Shown here: in pieces, positions 32,627 to 35,168 of the stretch
Layout of the letters: each line of letters opens with the position of its first letter
How positions within the stretch are numbered: the stretch's first letter is position 1
Source of the DNA: Octopus sinensis
Lineage: Eukaryota
NCBI RefSeq assembly: GCF_006345805.1
Contig: NW_021829901.1
Coordinates: 1 to 35,168 of the forward strand
DNA length: 35,168 nucleotides
Direction: 5' to 3'
The notes under the pieces: model-generated
Seen by the model: only the letters and a program-made list of their open reading frames with translations
What the model was told of the DNA's origin: nothing
Databases searched by the model: none
Program-made: the position numbers and the translations under genes

Positions 32627-33296
32627 TGTTCTTCTTCTTCTTCTTCTTCTTCTTCTTCTTCTTCTTCTCATCTTCTTCTTCATCTTCTTCTTCTTCTTCT
32701 TCTTCTTCTTCTTTCTCTTCTTCTTCTTCTTCTTCTTCTTCTTCTTCTTCTTCTTCTTCTTCTTCTTCTTCTTCTTCTTCTTCTTCTTCTTCTTCTTCTT
32801 CTCTTCTTTCTTTTTTCTTCTTCTTCTTCTTCTTCTTCTTCTTCTTTCTCTTCTTCTTCTTTCTTCTTCTTCTTCTCTTCTTCTTCTTCTTCTTCTTCTT
32901 TTTCTCCTTCTTTCTTCTTCTCTTCCTCTTCTTCTTCTTCTTCTTCTTCTTCTTCTTCTTTCTCTTCATCTTCTTCTTCTTTCCTTCTTCTCTTCTCTTC
33001 TTCTCTTCTTCTTCTTCTCTTCTTCTTCTTCCTCTTCTTCTTTCTTCTTCATCTTCTTCTTCTCTTCTTCTTCTCTTCTTCTTTTCTCTTCTTCTTCTTC
33101 TTCTTCTTCTTCTTCTCTTCTTCTTCTTCTTCTTCTTTCTTCTTCTTCTTTTTTCTTCTTCTTCTCTTCTTCTTCTCTTCTTTCTTCTTCTTTCTTCTTC
33201 TTTCTTCTTCTTTCCTCTTCTTCTTTCTTCTTTCCTCTTCTTCTTTCTTCTTCTCTTTCTTCTTCTTCTTCTTCTCCTCCTCCTCCTCCTCCTCCT
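32627..33296. repeat. ~670-bp (CTT)n-derived polypyrimidine tract
   Basis: Direct reading; it explains the poly-S/F/L and poly-E/K ORFs. Confidence 0.95.
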
Positions 33297-33556
33297 TCTA
33301 ACCGAACGACCTGCACAAACGATTCGTTTATAGTGATCAGATGTTCGTGCCGCACCTTATCTCACTCCCTCCATCAAATCGACGTTGCCTCAACAGGTGT
33401 ACCATGTACCACACGTCAGGTGTCCAAGTGATCGCAGAGCAACGGGAAATGAAGTGTTTTGCTCAAGAACACAACACACCACCTGGTCTAGGAATTGAAA
33501 TCACGATCTACCGATCGTGAGTGCAACACCCTAACCACTAGGCCATGCGATCTCAC
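33296..33556 (-). mobile_element. SINE family D, tail variant 4
   Basis: CAACACCCTAACCACTAGGCCATGCG head end; CATCAAATCGACGTT and GATTCGTTTATAGTGATCA match 13480-13545. Confidence 0.8.
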
Positions 33557-33589
33557 ATACTACTACTACTAATAATAATAATAATAATA

Positions 33590-34050
33590 GGCGCAGGAGT
33601 GGCTGTGTGGTAACTAGCTTGCTTACAAACCACATGGTTCCGGGTTCATTCCCACTGCGTGCCACCTTAGGCAAGGGTCTTCTACTATAGCCTCTGGCCG
33701 ACCAAAGTCTTGTGAGTGGATTTGATAGACGGAAACTGAAAGAAGCCCGTCGTATATATGTATATAATATATATATTATATATATATATATATAATATAT
33801 ATATATATATATGTATGGTGTTTGTGTTTGTTTGGGTGTATGTTTTTGTCCCCCCCCCCCAGCATCGCTTGACAACCGATGGTGGTGTGTTTATGCCCCC
33901 GTAACTTAGCGGTTCGGCAAAAGAGACCGATAGAATAAGTAGTAGGCTTACAAAAGAGTAAGTCCTGGGGTCGATTTGTTCAACTAAAAGGCGGTGCTCC
34001 AGCATGGCCACAGTCAAATGACTGAAACAAGTAAAAGAGTAAAAAGAGAG
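33590..34050 (+). mobile_element. SINE family B, full length
   Basis: AGGCGCAGGAGTGG head after (AAT)n, internal (TA)n, CAGTCAAATGACTG tail hairpin, followed by (AAT)n. Confidence 0.9.
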
Positions 34051-34074
34051 AGAGTAATAATAATAATAATAATA

Positions 34075-34280
34075 TAATTTCAAATTTTGGTACATGATTA
34101 GCGAATTCAGGGGAGAGGGGTAAGTTGATTACGTTGACCCCAGTATTTTACTGGTACTTATTTTATCGACCTTGAAAGAATGAATGTCGAAGTCGATCGT
34201 GACGGAATTTGTACTCAGAATGTAAAGACGGATGAAATGCCGCTAAGCATTTCGTCCGGATTGCTAACGATTCTGCCAGG
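34075..34280 (-). mobile_element. SINE family A, diverged
   Basis: TTATCGACCTTGAAAGAATGAATGTCGAAGTCGATC..CCGCTAAGCATTTCGTCCGG..CTAACGATTCTGCCAG. Confidence 0.75.
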
Positions 34281-34294
34281 TCACCGGACACACA

Positions 34295-34612
34295 TGTATG
34301 TGTGTGTGTATGTATGTATGTATGTATGTATGTATGTATGTATGTATGTATGTATGTGTGTGTATGTATGTATGTATGTATGTATGTATGTGTGTGTATG
34401 TATGTATGTATGTATGTATGTATGTATGTATGTATGTATGTATGCGTGTGTGTGTATGTATGTATGTATGTGTGCGTGTGCATGTATGTATATATGTGTG
34501 TGTATGTGTGTGTATGTATGTATGTATGTGTGTGTGTTTGTATGTATGTATGTATGTATGTACGTATGCATGTATGTGTGTGTATGTATGTATGTATGCA
34601 TGTATGTATGTA

Positions 34613-34645
<33 letters not shown>

Positions 34646-34659
34646 GTGTGTATGTATGC

Positions 34660-34692
<33 letters not shown>

Positions 34693-34715
34693 TGTATGTA
34701 TGTATGTATGTATAT
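34295..34715. repeat. (TATG)n block
   Basis: Direct reading. Confidence 0.95.
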
Positions 34716-34739
34716 CTTAATGTATATGTATATATATAT

Positions 34740-34910
34740 AAAATACAAAATAGGACAAGAATGCAAAACATCTGGACAACTAGGTGATACAAAAAGGGAC
34801 AACAAAACATCCAGATAGACGATACAAAGAAAAAACAAGGACAGGTCATTCGAAGCTCTCTATCCTCAGTCAAGAACCGGATCATCCTCGCAATTTCGGC
34901 TGATTTATAC
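34740..34910 (-). mobile_element. Dispersed repeat family E, third copy
   Basis: CATTCGAAGCTCTCTATCCTCAGTCAAGAACCGGATCATCCTCGCAATTTCGGCTGAT is the reverse complement of 16705-16765. Confidence 0.8.
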
Positions 34911-35051
34911 ATATATCCGGAAAACGCATTTGCGACAGTATTTAATTAAAATAGCCTAATATGCATCATACTTAATGTATACACACAGTCAACGGGCCAG
35001 TTACGACAGTTTTGTCTTCAGGTAATATTTCATATTGATATGTTAAAATAT

Positions 35052-35108
35052 CAGAGAGAGAGAAAGAGAAGAGAGAGAGAGAGAACGAAAGAGAGAGAAG
35101 AGAGAGAG

Positions 35109-35160
<52 letters not shown>
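35052..35160. repeat. (GA)n microsatellite
   Basis: Direct reading. Confidence 0.95.
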
Positions 35161-35161
<1 letters not shown>

Positions 35162-35168
35162 TTTCGTC

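Noticed and set aside
32475-33355. Poly-K/E/R and poly-S/F/L ORFs
   Set aside because: Translations of the (CTT)n tract.

Overview
AT-rich, repeat-saturated metazoan genomic DNA. I infer an octopod cephalopod from the SINE families and the TA/CA/TATG/AAT microsatellite load; this is recognition from memory, not a database result. I find no intact protein-coding gene. Almost all ORFs in the supplied track are translations of microsatellites. The recognisable coding relics are all transposon debris: four R4/Dong-like RLE non-LTR fragments, two Penelope-like (PLE) RT relics, two CR1/L2-like LINE 3' ends and one mariner transposase fragment. The window also holds about 30 copies or fragments of four tRNA-like SINE families (my labels A-D), three non-autonomous Helitrons and two MITE-like foldbacks. 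Best leads: (1) three minimal hammerhead-ribozyme-like cores at 24.2-27.3 kb, two with the same CCGACGA (U4C) core, close to a PLE RT relic; (2) a covarying stem-loop shared by a LINE 3' end and SINE-B tails; (3) a CTAG/TC head-to-tail junction of two different Helitrons; (4) a SINE present as monomer, trimer and ABAB higher-order pentamer with one fixed junction; (5) head/tail shuffling among SINEs. A CpG-rich block at 5.8-9.4 kb and one candidate minus-strand exon may belong to a host gene but are weakly supported. Repeat boundaries were read by eye and are approximate (about +/-10-20 nt) unless described as exact.
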